Shown here in pieces: positions 52,216 through 60,995 of a stretch of 64,000 nt of DNA. Positions within the stretch are counted from its first letter, which is position 1; the number at the start of each line of letters is the position of its first letter. Source of the DNA: Leptonemataceae bacterium (lineage in GTDB: Bacteria > Spirochaetota > Leptospiria > Leptospirales > Leptonemataceae); contig OZ245742.1 in NCBI GenBank assembly GCA_965227295.1, forward strand, positions 4,352,001-4,416,000. Reading direction: 5' to 3'. Position numbers and translations under genes: made by a program. The notes under the pieces are model-generated. The model saw nothing but the letters and a program-made list of their open reading frames with translations. It was not told the origin of the DNA and searched no databases.

Positions 52216-53400
52216 ATGTCTCGCAAAAAGAACAAACAGTCCGACGCATCCGCCCGAAACAGCAAACACCGGCGCGCCGTGGTGAGCCGCATCTTCGGCG
52301 CCTACTACGATCTGTTGCCCCTGCCCGAACTGGAACCGGAACTGCGCGGGCGCCTGCGCGGGCGTCTGCGTCTGGAAGATCGGAGCGAAGACACCTCGTC
52401 CCGCCGCCCGGGCGAAGACGCCATGCGCCGTCGGCACCTGCTCATCGTCGGCGACCACGTCGATTACAGCCTCGATGCAAAACAGGAGCACGGCGCTATC
52501 GTCGAAGAACTGTGCGAACGCGAAAACGTCGTCTATCGCGCGCAGGGCCACGAGCTGCACAGCCTGGGAGCGAACCTGGATCGAGCGGTGGCGGTCATCA
52601 GTCTCGCCCGGCCGGCGCCGCGCTGGGGTTTCCTGGATCGATTTCTCGCGTCGTGCGCCGGTGGCGGCGTGGAGGCGCACATCGTCTTCAGCAAGATCGA
52701 CGCCGTCGCCGAAGAAGACCTGCCGGACATCGAACGCATGATCGATCTCTATCGGCGCCTGGGCTACGGCGTGTATGTACTGAATCTACTCGCGCCGGAG
52801 CAACACAACGGGGAAGTCGCCCGCATCACGGCCATCACGCGCAAAGGGGTGACGATGCTCGCGGGTCAGTCCGGTACCGGAAAGTCCACGCTGCTCAATC
52901 TCCTGCTGGGCACCGAGGTCCAGGAGACCGGCGAGGTCAGCGACAGCACCGGCAAGGGCCGGCACACCACGACAAACTCGCGCCTGTTCGTGCATACGAA
53001 TCGCACGGCGCTGTTCATCGACACGCCGGGCGTGAAGGATTGGGGCGTGCAGCACATCGGTCGAGAAGATTTGCTCGCCGGTTATCCCGAACTGCAACCG
53101 GCATTCGAAGACTGCGAGTTCCGCGACTGCCTGCACGAATCCGACTCCCGCGGCTGCGCCGTGCAGGCCGTGTTGCAGAAATCCCGAGAATTCTACCGTG
53201 AGTACTACGAGAAGATCGAAGACATCGAGGACGATCCCAACATCGCCGTGCCCGCCCACGAACCGGGCACGGTGCATCCGGAACGTCTCCGTAGCCTCGA
53301 AGCCATGATCGATTCGCTGAAATACTCTTTGAAAGTCCGCACGGGAGATTATATCAAAGCCACGGGACGTGTCCGCACCGGCAGGATCCCCGGGAATTGA
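52216..53400 (+). CDS. rsgA: Ribosome small subunit-dependent GTPase
   Basis: Circularly permuted GTPase 'SKID', 'GQSGTGKS', 'GRHTTT', 'DTPG'; C-F-DC-H...C zinc site. Confidence 0.93.
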   Translation: MSRKKNKQSDASARNSKHRRAVVSRIFGAYYDLLPLPELEPELRGRLRGRLRLEDRSEDTSSRRPGEDAMRRRHLLIVGDHVDYSLDAKQEHGAIVEELCERENVVYRAQGHELHSLGANLDRAVAVISLARPAPRWGFLDRFLASCAGGGVEAHIVFSKIDAVAEEDLPDIERMIDLYRRLGYGVYVLNLLAPEQHNGEVARITAITRKGVTMLAGQSGTGKSTLLNLLLGTEVQETGEVSDSTGKGRHTTTNSRLFVHTNRTALFIDTPGVKDWGVQHIGREDLLAGYPELQPAFEDCEFRDCLHESDSRGCAVQAVLQKSREFYREYYEKIEDIEDDPNIAVPAHEPGTVHPERLRSLEAMIDSLKYSLKVRTGDYIKATGRVRTGRIPGN

Positions 53401-53430
53401 ATTCCCGGGTCGCCGCGGTCGATATTTAAG

Positions 53431-55419
53431 ATGGTGCGCTTTCGAATCTTCACGTATGCCCTCGCCGCCGGAATCGCCGGCGTGCTGTTCCTTGTGCCCG
53501 GCCAGGTCTTCGCGGACTGCCCCGACGCCTTTCTGATCAACTCCGGTCGTCTCGACTCCGTGGATCTTTCCGGACGCTGGCGCTACCAGGCCCTGCCCGC
53601 GGCTCAGGCGGCCAACCCGGCGCCGGCCCGGCCGGACTTCGGTGACGACGGCTGGGGCCAGACGGCGGTGCCGGGAACCGTCGAAGCCATCATCCCGCGC
53701 ACGCAGTTTCGCAACAACGACTGGATCGTCTGGTATCGCTGCAACATCACCCTGCAGGGCGCGCCGCCGAAAGGCTACGGCCTCTATCTGGGATTGATGC
53801 GCCACGCGGACGCGGTCTACTTCAACGGACGCCGGGTCGGCCAGACCGGCGAGGTCGGCGGCAGCGCCATCGACATTGAAAAGCGACGGCTGTACTCTTT
53901 GCCGGCCTCGTTCTGGCAGCAGGGTCAGAACGTCATCGCCGTCCAGCTCCGGGCGGTTACACCGTACGGCGGTTTGTATGATGCGCCGGCGATCGTGGAA
54001 GAGCAGTCCGTGCGACGCTCGTTGATCTTGAGCGACGTGCCGAACATCGTCTTCTGTTCCATCTACATCCTGGTGGCGGCCTTCTTCGGGGTCTTCTACG
54101 TCTTCTTCTGGCACCAGTTGGAGAACCTGTTCTTCGCGCTGTTCTCGCTCTTCCTGGGCCTCTACAATCTCATCCGCACCGGGCTGCGCTACTGGTTCTT
54201 CAGCGACTTCGAGTTTTCCTGGCAGATGGAGCTGTTGCTGCTCTTCACATTGCCCTTTCTGTTCCTGGAATTCCTCACGCACCTGGTAAACGGGCGCCGC
54301 GGCGTGGTGCAGAAGATGATCTACGCCGGCTACGCCGTCCTCCTGCTCGCAACACTGGTCTTCGGGCAGAACCCCGACGCCTGGTACCCGCTGGTCTACA
54401 CGAACCTGGCGTTCCTGGTCGTCGTCATCGTCCTGGTATACGTCATTTTCCGGCGCAACTATGCCGAGCACCGGGACAAGCTGCGCTACCTGCTCATGGG
54501 ATTTCTGTCGATCATCCCGTTCATGATTCACGACATCCTGGACACCCTGGAACTCATCGAGTCCCCGCGCATCGTGGTCTTCGGATTCGTGATCTTCTTA
54601 GGTTTCGCCGCGATGCAGTTATCGAACTCCATCCTGGATTTGTATCGCGACATGAAAGAACAGGAACTGGGTCTGCGGCAGCTCGAAAAATCCAAGGCGC
54701 GCTCGATCTTCAACATCTCCACGGAATTCCAGCGCATCCTCCTGGGTTTTCGCGACGGACTGGGCGGCCTCCGCGGCGACGGCGGCAAACGCGCAAAGCC
54801 GGCACGCAAGAAGAAGGACGGGCGCAGCGTGCGGGGCGGCGACGGTACGGATCAGCAAATCCGCACGTCCACCATCAACCTGGAAAACCTGGTCAACGAC
54901 AGCAATCTACTGTACTTACTCGAAGCGGACGAGTACAACGAACGTCGCGTGCGTTTCAGCCTGCGGCGCCTGTGTGAGCAGGTCCTGGAACGCGCCGTCA
55001 TCGCCACGACACAAACGAAGAAACGCGTGCATGCCGAACTGCCGCCGGAAGAAGAAGAGATCACCGGTGACCCGGACCTCATCGCCACGGCACTCTATCA
55101 TCTTGTAGAAAACGCCCTGCTCTATTCTCTCGGCAAAGTCGAGGTGGGCGTCGAAAACCGCCGCGGCGAATTGCGTATGATCGTCCGCGACGAGGGTCCC
55201 GGCCTGCCCGGCGACCAACAACACGCCGTATTTCAAAAGTTCGTCCGCGGCCCGGACGCGGAGGATTCCGGCATCGCCGGCAGCGGCATCGGCCTGGCCA
55301 TCGTGGAGCTGATCGCCGGGTACCTGGACGGCAACGTGCGCCTGGAAGGCGGGGCCGGTTTCTTCTCGACCTTCGTATTCAGCGTGCCCCTGGCCGCAGC
55401 TCGGGAGGTCGGCGCTTAA
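53431..55419 (+). CDS. 7TM sensor: jelly-roll sugar-binding-like ectodomain, 7TM, HATPase, no canonical H-box His
   Basis: 'DLSGRWRY', 'DAVYFNG..VG', 'NVIAVQL'; ~7 TMs; N/G1/F/G2 boxes present. Confidence 0.8.
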   Translation: MVRFRIFTYALAAGIAGVLFLVPGQVFADCPDAFLINSGRLDSVDLSGRWRYQALPAAQAANPAPARPDFGDDGWGQTAVPGTVEAIIPRTQFRNNDWIVWYRCNITLQGAPPKGYGLYLGLMRHADAVYFNGRRVGQTGEVGGSAIDIEKRRLYSLPASFWQQGQNVIAVQLRAVTPYGGLYDAPAIVEEQSVRRSLILSDVPNIVFCSIYILVAAFFGVFYVFFWHQLENLFFALFSLFLGLYNLIRTGLRYWFFSDFEFSWQMELLLLFTLPFLFLEFLTHLVNGRRGVVQKMIYAGYAVLLLATLVFGQNPDAWYPLVYTNLAFLVVVIVLVYVIFRRNYAEHRDKLRYLLMGFLSIIPFMIHDILDTLELIESPRIVVFGFVIFLGFAAMQLSNSILDLYRDMKEQELGLRQLEKSKARSIFNISTEFQRILLGFRDGLGGLRGDGGKRAKPARKKKDGRSVRGGDGTDQQIRTSTINLENLVNDSNLLYLLEADEYNERRVRFSLRRLCEQVLERAVIATTQTKKRVHAELPPEEEEITGDPDLIATALYHLVENALLYSLGKVEVGVENRRGELRMIVRDEGPGLPGDQQHAVFQKFVRGPDAEDSGIAGSGIGLAIVELIAGYLDGNVRLEGGAGFFSTFVFSVPLAAAREVGA

Positions 55420-57509
55420 TGTTCACACAGCTTAGCTTACGTTCCGCAAAAGTCTGCGCCGGCTTGATCCTCGGCCTGCTGCTGACTCCCGTCGGCCTGC
55501 TGCACGCGCAGATCCAGGACAACACCTGGCGTTACTCGTTCATCGACGACCCATACAACGCCCTGCCCGAGCAGACCGATGCGAACTGGAAGAGCGTCGA
55601 GTTACCGGCCAACCTGGCCTTGCTCGGCGCGCAGCCCGGCCGCGCGGTGTGGCTGCGCAAGTCCGTGTCGCTCAGCCGTTCCTCCGACGGGCGGACCCTG
55701 GCCCTGCGCCTGGGCGCCGTCTACGACCACGATCGCGTCTACATAAACGGCGAACTGATCGGCCGGGACGGCACGCGCTCGCTGCCCGTCAACGGCTACG
55801 GCCGCCCGCGCATCTATCCCATCCCCGACACCTTGCTCCGCAACGGCGAAAACCTCATCGCGATCCGCATTACGGGGGATTTCGTCAATCACATCGGCAT
55901 TACAAAAGGACCGGTGAGCATCCAGTTCTTGAACGAAGCGGAGTCCGGGCTGTGGGCGCGGGAACTGCGGCACCTGGTCTTCGCGGCACTCTACATCGCG
56001 TCCGGTATATTTTTTCTGATTCTCTTTCAACGCCTGCGCAACCGGCCGGAGTACTTCTGGTTCGGCCTGTTCGCGCTAACGTTCGGCCTGCAACAGTTTC
56101 TCGTAAACGAGATCCGCTTTGCGATTCTGGACTGGTTCTTCGTCTATAAATTGTTTGAGCAGCTCACGTACATTGCAATCCCCACCATCTACTTTTACTT
56201 TCACGCCGCCTTCTTCCAGGCCGAGCACCTCGAGTTGGGCCGCGGGCGACGACTCAATTTAAAGAGCGTCGGAATGATTTACGTCGCCGTGAACGCGCTG
56301 ACGGCCCTGGCAATCATCGTCACCATGTCGCCGTTGCTCTGGGACCGCATCATGACGTTCTGGTTCCCGATCAACCTGCCGTTCTTTCTCTACTTCCTGA
56401 TCTATACGTTCCGCCGGGCCGTGAACGAGGGCGAACGCGATGCCATTATCCTGGCCGTCGGCATCTCGCTCATGCTGCTCTCCACGTTGCAGTACTACGG
56501 CGTGGAGCGCGGGTTGATCTCCCCGCCCCACTACTTCACCGCCGGCGTCCTGATGTTCAATCTGACGCTGGCCTTCGCGTTGATCTACCGGCTCATCGAA
56601 CTTCAACTGGAAGTGGAACAACGCAGCCGGCGCCTGGATTCGGTCAACGTTCTGCGCGACCGCGTCTTTCATTACCTGAACACCTTCGTGCGCAAACCCG
56701 TGGAAAACATCAGCAGCCTGTCCGGCAGCCTGCTCGAGCATCGCAGCAACACCGCCGTCGCGGCGAACGGGACGCAGCAATCCTACGTCCGCGATCTCGA
56801 GGACGAGCTCGAACAATTGCAAACGAACCTGGACGACATCCTGGAACTCTCACGCCTGGAAGTCATCAGCGAGGCCGAGTACGTCGAGCAGGTGAACTTC
56901 CACGATTTTATTACGGCGGTCATTCCGCGCGGCGTCATTACGCATCACATCACGGTGAACCCGAACATCATACTGAACACGTCGCTCGAACTCGTGAACT
57001 CGCTGGTGATCCGCCTCATCGACTTCCCGGCCTTTCGTGAGTTTAAACACATCGACTTAATCATCACGTCGGATCTCAAAGGACACGTGCACTTCCGTTT
57101 CTTGATGTTCCACAACAACGTGCGCAAGACCCGCCAGCTCTACGAACTGCTTACCGGTCTGAATCCGGAGCGCGGCAGCCTGTGGGTTAAGTGGGCCATT
57201 GTGCGTGAAATCATTCGCATTCTCGAAGGGCATCTGGACATCAGCATCATCAATCGTAAGTTTCTGCGCATTGACATTGAACTGGCCGGTGAACTTCCGC
57301 AGAGCGGCGAACGTCGCCGTGGCGGCGCGGAACGCATCGCCATCGAAACCGTGGCGTCGTCGCATACGGCCGGGGCCGTGGACGGCGAAGCCCTGACCGA
57401 ACCGCTGCCCGTCGTGACCGCCGAGGCCCCGCCGCTGCCGAAGCTGCATCCGAACATGACGGTCGGCGAACTCGTGGAATACCTGAAAGCCAGGCTCCGA
57501 AGAAGGTGA
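55419..57509 (+). CDS. Second 7TM sensor with similar ectodomain and degenerate kinase-like C-terminus
   Basis: 'DRVYINGELIG', 'RPRIYPIP', 'GENLIAIRI'; TAATG coupling to the previous gene. Confidence 0.8.
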   Translation: MFTQLSLRSAKVCAGLILGLLLTPVGLLHAQIQDNTWRYSFIDDPYNALPEQTDANWKSVELPANLALLGAQPGRAVWLRKSVSLSRSSDGRTLALRLGAVYDHDRVYINGELIGRDGTRSLPVNGYGRPRIYPIPDTLLRNGENLIAIRITGDFVNHIGITKGPVSIQFLNEAESGLWARELRHLVFAALYIASGIFFLILFQRLRNRPEYFWFGLFALTFGLQQFLVNEIRFAILDWFFVYKLFEQLTYIAIPTIYFYFHAAFFQAEHLELGRGRRLNLKSVGMIYVAVNALTALAIIVTMSPLLWDRIMTFWFPINLPFFLYFLIYTFRRAVNEGERDAIILAVGISLMLLSTLQYYGVERGLISPPHYFTAGVLMFNLTLAFALIYRLIELQLEVEQRSRRLDSVNVLRDRVFHYLNTFVRKPVENISSLSGSLLEHRSNTAVAANGTQQSYVRDLEDELEQLQTNLDDILELSRLEVISEAEYVEQVNFHDFITAVIPRGVITHHITVNPNIILNTSLELVNSLVIRLIDFPAFREFKHIDLIITSDLKGHVHFRFLMFHNNVRKTRQLYELLTGLNPERGSLWVKWAIVREIIRILEGHLDISIINRKFLRIDIELAGELPQSGERRRGGAERIAIETVASSHTAGAVDGEALTEPLPVVTAEAPPLPKLHPNMTVGELVEYLKARLRRR

Positions 57510-57540
57510 AGAGTAAATATAAAATCAAGTTAAGTTAGTA

Positions 57541-57659
57541 TGGGCGCGTCGGCGCTACGCGCCGACCGGGCTTTCCAGGGCTCCGCCTTCGGCTGCGGTC
57601 CTCCGCTTCGCTCCGGACTTGCGGCTACGCCGCAACCCTTCCAATCCCTCGCGCGAAGA
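57541..57659 (-). repeat. Structured repeat unit E (Flavo-1-like), solo
   Basis: Reverse complement reads TCTTCGCGCGAGGGATTGGAAGGG...GGAGCCCTGGAAAGCCCGGTC...GACGCGCCCA. Confidence 0.8.
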
Positions 57660-57744
57660 AGAAGAGTCGCGAATTCTCGGTTCGAGCGACCACGAGTCAT
57701 AGAAAAGACTTGCGTCCACGCCGACGGCAAAGGCATCTACAAAT

Positions 57745-59028
57745 ATGGCGAACGCGAAACTGGAAATCAACGGACAGAACTACGAGTTGCCCATCGTCGA
57801 AGGGACTGACGGACAACAGGCCCTGGACGTCACCGAACTGAAAGAAAAGACCGGCTTCTTTACCTACGATCCGACGCTCAACAACACCGCGGTCGCCCGC
57901 AGCGAAATCACGCGCATCGATTCTAAGAACGGCAAGCTGCTGTATCGCGGCTACGACGTGGAGGACCTGGTGGACCAGTCCACGTTCGTCGAGACCTCGT
58001 ACCTGTTGTTTAACGGCGAACTGCCCGGCCAGGAAGAGTACAAGAATTACTCGGCCCTGTTAAGCAATCACAGCATGGTGCACGAGTCCATGCGCAACGT
58101 CTTCGACGCCTTCCCGGGCAACGCGCACCCCCTCGCCATTCTTGCGACCATGGTCACGGCCCTGTCCAGTTACTATCCGGAGACCTTCGAGGACAACATC
58201 CGTATGGGCGTCGACCAACGCACGCGCTTGCTCGCCAAGGTCCGCACGCTCGCCGCCTGGGCCTACAAAAAGTCCATCGGCCATCCGGTCATCTATCCCC
58301 GGGACGAGCTGCCGTACTGTCACAACCTTTTGAACATGATGTTCGCCGTTCCGGCGGAGCCGTACACGGTACCCGACGACGACGCCAAGTTACTGAACCA
58401 GATCTTCATCCTCTACAGCGATCACGAACAGAACTCGGCCACGTCCACCGTGCGCTTCATCTCCAGTACGAAAGCGAACCTCTTCGTCTGCATCAATGCC
58501 GGCATCAGCACGCTCTGGGGGGCGCGGGAAGCCGCTTACACCGTGCACACCATTCCCATGCTGGAAACCATGCACAACAACGGCCTCACCGCGGAGCAGT
58601 TCTTCGCCGAGTTCATCAACGGCGAGAAGAAACTCAAGTCCCCGGCTTTCGGTCACCGCAAGTACGCCACCGTCGACCCGCGCGCGGCCATCTCCCGGCG
58701 CCTCTTCCACGACTATCTAAAAAACCATCCAAGCGGCCGCGACAATCCGCTCGTGCGCAAGGGCCTGGAAGTCGAAGAGTTCATGCTCGGTCATCCGTTC
58801 TTTAAGGAATTCGGGCTGTATCCGAACCTGGATTTTTACTCGGCGCTGTCGTTCATGACCATGGGCATCCCGCGCAGTATGTACAACGTCATGCGCGTCA
58901 TCGGCAAAATGGCCGGCTGGCTCGCCCACTGGGAAGAGGAACGCCGCATTACGCCGAAGCCCGTGCGCCCGCAGCAAATCTACGCGGGGGTGCCGAACCG
59001 GGAATACGTGCCTCTGGAAAAAAGATGA
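57745..59028 (+). CDS. Citrate synthase homologue (type II-like) with altered active site
   Basis: 'G.LLYRGY', 'DHEQNSATSTVR', 'FGHR', 'YPNLDFYS', 'GWLAHW'; the GPxHGGA motif is replaced. Confidence 0.88.
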   Translation: MANAKLEINGQNYELPIVEGTDGQQALDVTELKEKTGFFTYDPTLNNTAVARSEITRIDSKNGKLLYRGYDVEDLVDQSTFVETSYLLFNGELPGQEEYKNYSALLSNHSMVHESMRNVFDAFPGNAHPLAILATMVTALSSYYPETFEDNIRMGVDQRTRLLAKVRTLAAWAYKKSIGHPVIYPRDELPYCHNLLNMMFAVPAEPYTVPDDDAKLLNQIFILYSDHEQNSATSTVRFISSTKANLFVCINAGISTLWGAREAAYTVHTIPMLETMHNNGLTAEQFFAEFINGEKKLKSPAFGHRKYATVDPRAAISRRLFHDYLKNHPSGRDNPLVRKGLEVEEFMLGHPFFKEFGLYPNLDFYSALSFMTMGIPRSMYNVMRVIGKMAGWLAHWEEERRITPKPVRPQQIYAGVPNREYVPLEKR

Positions 59029-59174
59029 CTCCGAGGACCGAGGTATCGAGGAGACTACGACGAGGGCGCTCGTAAGCGCCAGGCACGCAGGCTGAGCATG
59101 CATGCCTGGCCAGGAAGCCTCTCACAATACGACCATCCTCCCGAAAAACCTCGGAACCTCGGTCCTCGGAGTCA
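59026..59174. repeat. MITE/REP-like element with 26-bp terminal inverted repeats filling a convergent intergenic gap
   Basis: TGACTCCGAGGACCGAGGTATCGAGG ... CCTCGGAACCTCGGTCCTCGGAGTCA (2 mismatches). Confidence 0.8.
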
Positions 59175-59489
59175 CTTCTTCTTAAGCGCCTTCGACTTCC
59201 CGCGCCGCCCCATGAACCAGTCGATGATCGGCTGCAAAAACGGGATGCGCACGCGCAACTTCGCGAGCGCCGTGAACAGCAACGCCGCGGCGGCACCCTC
59301 GTCCAACCAACCGATGATCGGCACGGCGTCCGTAAATTCCGGGATGACGATCCACACCGCGCAGAGTACCGCCACGATGATCCACACGATCCGCTGAAAC
59401 AACGTCAGCGGCACGTCCTCGTCCTGACCGTCGCGGACGATCTCGGGTTCGATGACCTTGCGTTCTTCGATGTCCTGTTTATCCGGCAT
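59172..59489 (-). CDS. Small membrane protein, DUF1232-like
   Basis: 'IPEFTDAVPIIGWLDE' resembles the P-D-IP--G-LDD motif; GGGGA RBS. Confidence 0.65.
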   Translation of the reverse strand: MPDKQDIEERKVIEPEIVRDGQDEDVPLTLFQRIVWIIVAVLCAVWIVIPEFTDAVPIIGWLDEGAAAALLFTALAKLRVRIPFLQPIIDWFMGRRGKSKALKKK

Positions 59490-60009
59490 ATGATTCCCCG
59501 TCTTCTTCGTCGGTGTACAGGCGCCGGAGCGCCTGCTCGGTTTGTTCAAAGTTGAAGCCCCGGTACTGGAGCGCGGAACGCAGCGACTTTTCCGGATCGT
59601 CCTTGCTCGCGGCCCCGCGCTCTTTCTTGCGCAGCGTCACCAGTGCGGCCTCGATCCACTCCTCGCGTTCCACCTCGTCCAGGACCAGATCCACCACGTC
59701 GCGCGGAACCGAACGCTGCATAAGATCCTGGCGGATGTACATGGGCCCGTAGCCGTCCAGCATGCGATGTTCGGTGCGATTGCGGGCGAAGCGCTCGTCG
59801 TCGATCCAGCCTTCGTCGCTCAGAATCTCGAGCACCGTGTCGAAGTCCTCGGCGAAACAGAGCTGCTTTTTCTTGAGCTGCTCAATCACCTCGCCACTGG
59901 ACCGATCCCGCGCCGACAGAAACCGGCCGAGCGCCGGCACCACGTCGCGCATGAGCTCGGTGCGTCGTTCATCAAACAAGTTTCCCATAATTACAACTTT
60001 GCGGCTCAT
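59479..60009 (-). CDS. recX: Regulatory protein RecX
   Basis: 'LSARDRS..E', 'GWIDDERFA', 'YGP..I..DL', 'L.YRGF'. Confidence 0.88.
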   Translation of the reverse strand: MSRKVVIMGNLFDERRTELMRDVVPALGRFLSARDRSSGEVIEQLKKKQLCFAEDFDTVLEILSDEGWIDDERFARNRTEHRMLDGYGPMYIRQDLMQRSVPRDVVDLVLDEVEREEWIEAALVTLRKKERGAASKDDPEKSLRSALQYRGFNFEQTEQALRRLYTDEEDGESYAG

Positions 60010-60045
60010 GCCGATAAAGACCCGTACATCGGCGATTCGTGTACC

Positions 60046-60870
60046 TTAAGCCGACTTGCGAAAGTGCAGGTTCCACAGATTGTCCTTCGGCCGCGCCTCC
60101 CGGACCGTGTAGTCGCCCTCGACGGCAATCGTTTCCAGCCCGGCTTCTTTCGCAAAGGCCTGCACCTCGGCGATCTCATAGTAACGCTGCACGTGCCGCT
60201 CGGCCTGCACGATCTGTTCTCCGGCGCGCCGATCCGCCGCACGAAATTCCAGGACCGAGAGCATCTCTTTCGTCCGGCGATCGTAGGAGTTACTCCAGAC
60301 CAGACGATACGGGCCCAGGCGTGCCACCGTGGTCTTGCCGTCGAAGTTTCCCAGGATGTTGCTCAACGACACGAAGTCTACCGAGTACAGGCCGCCCGGG
60401 CTCAGGATGCGCGCGGCTTCCCGGAAGTGACGCCGCAAATCGTCCGGGTTGGTAAGATAGTTCAGACTATCGTGCGTGCAAACCAGAAACGAGCGGCTCC
60501 GCTCCCGCAGCGGCATGCGTTCCAGGCGAGAACGATAGAAGCGCACCCCGGGCAGGGCTTCCCGCGCACGATCCAGCATGGCCCCGGAACGGTCCAGGCC
60601 CTCCCGGCGCAGTTTCGCGGGGAAATGCCCGAGCAAACTCCCGGTCCCGCAGGCCAGGTCCAGGACCGCCGTCGCCTCCGTGCCGGTGAGCCGGCGATGG
60701 GCGCGGCGCAGATAACCGGCCCACTCCCCGTACGGGACGTGCTCCATGTAGCGATCGTAGACCCGGGCGAAGATCTCGTAGTTGTCCGGCTCGCCCGCCG
60801 CGGCGGGGGCCGGGGGCGCCAGGCCGGCCTGAACATCGGCGGCGAGAGATTTGCGTTTTTTGCCCGTCAT
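60046..60870 (-). CDS. Class I SAM-dependent methyltransferase
   Basis: 'FARVYDRYM', 'VLDLACGTG', 'DSLNYL'. Confidence 0.9.
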   Translation of the reverse strand: MTGKKRKSLAADVQAGLAPPAPAAAGEPDNYEIFARVYDRYMEHVPYGEWAGYLRRAHRRLTGTEATAVLDLACGTGSLLGHFPAKLRREGLDRSGAMLDRAREALPGVRFYRSRLERMPLRERSRSFLVCTHDSLNYLTNPDDLRRHFREAARILSPGGLYSVDFVSLSNILGNFDGKTTVARLGPYRLVWSNSYDRRTKEMLSVLEFRAADRRAGEQIVQAERHVQRYYEIAEVQAFAKEAGLETIAVEGDYTVREARPKDNLWNLHFRKSA

Positions 60871-60995
60871 TTATGAGATTTTACTTGTCTTCTACGACTT
60901 TAAAGAAGAAAGCTGTAGCTTTTAATGCGACATAATCCGGGATCACATTCACCCCGATTGGGCGGCGCCTTCCTCTATCTGTTCGGAGAATCCGC

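Noticed and set aside
52786..54531. 581-aa minus-strand ORF, and similar long ORFs at 13350-14669, 16397-17563, 28988-30295 and 59542-60876
   Set aside because: They overlap well-supported genes and have no motifs; expected in GC-rich DNA
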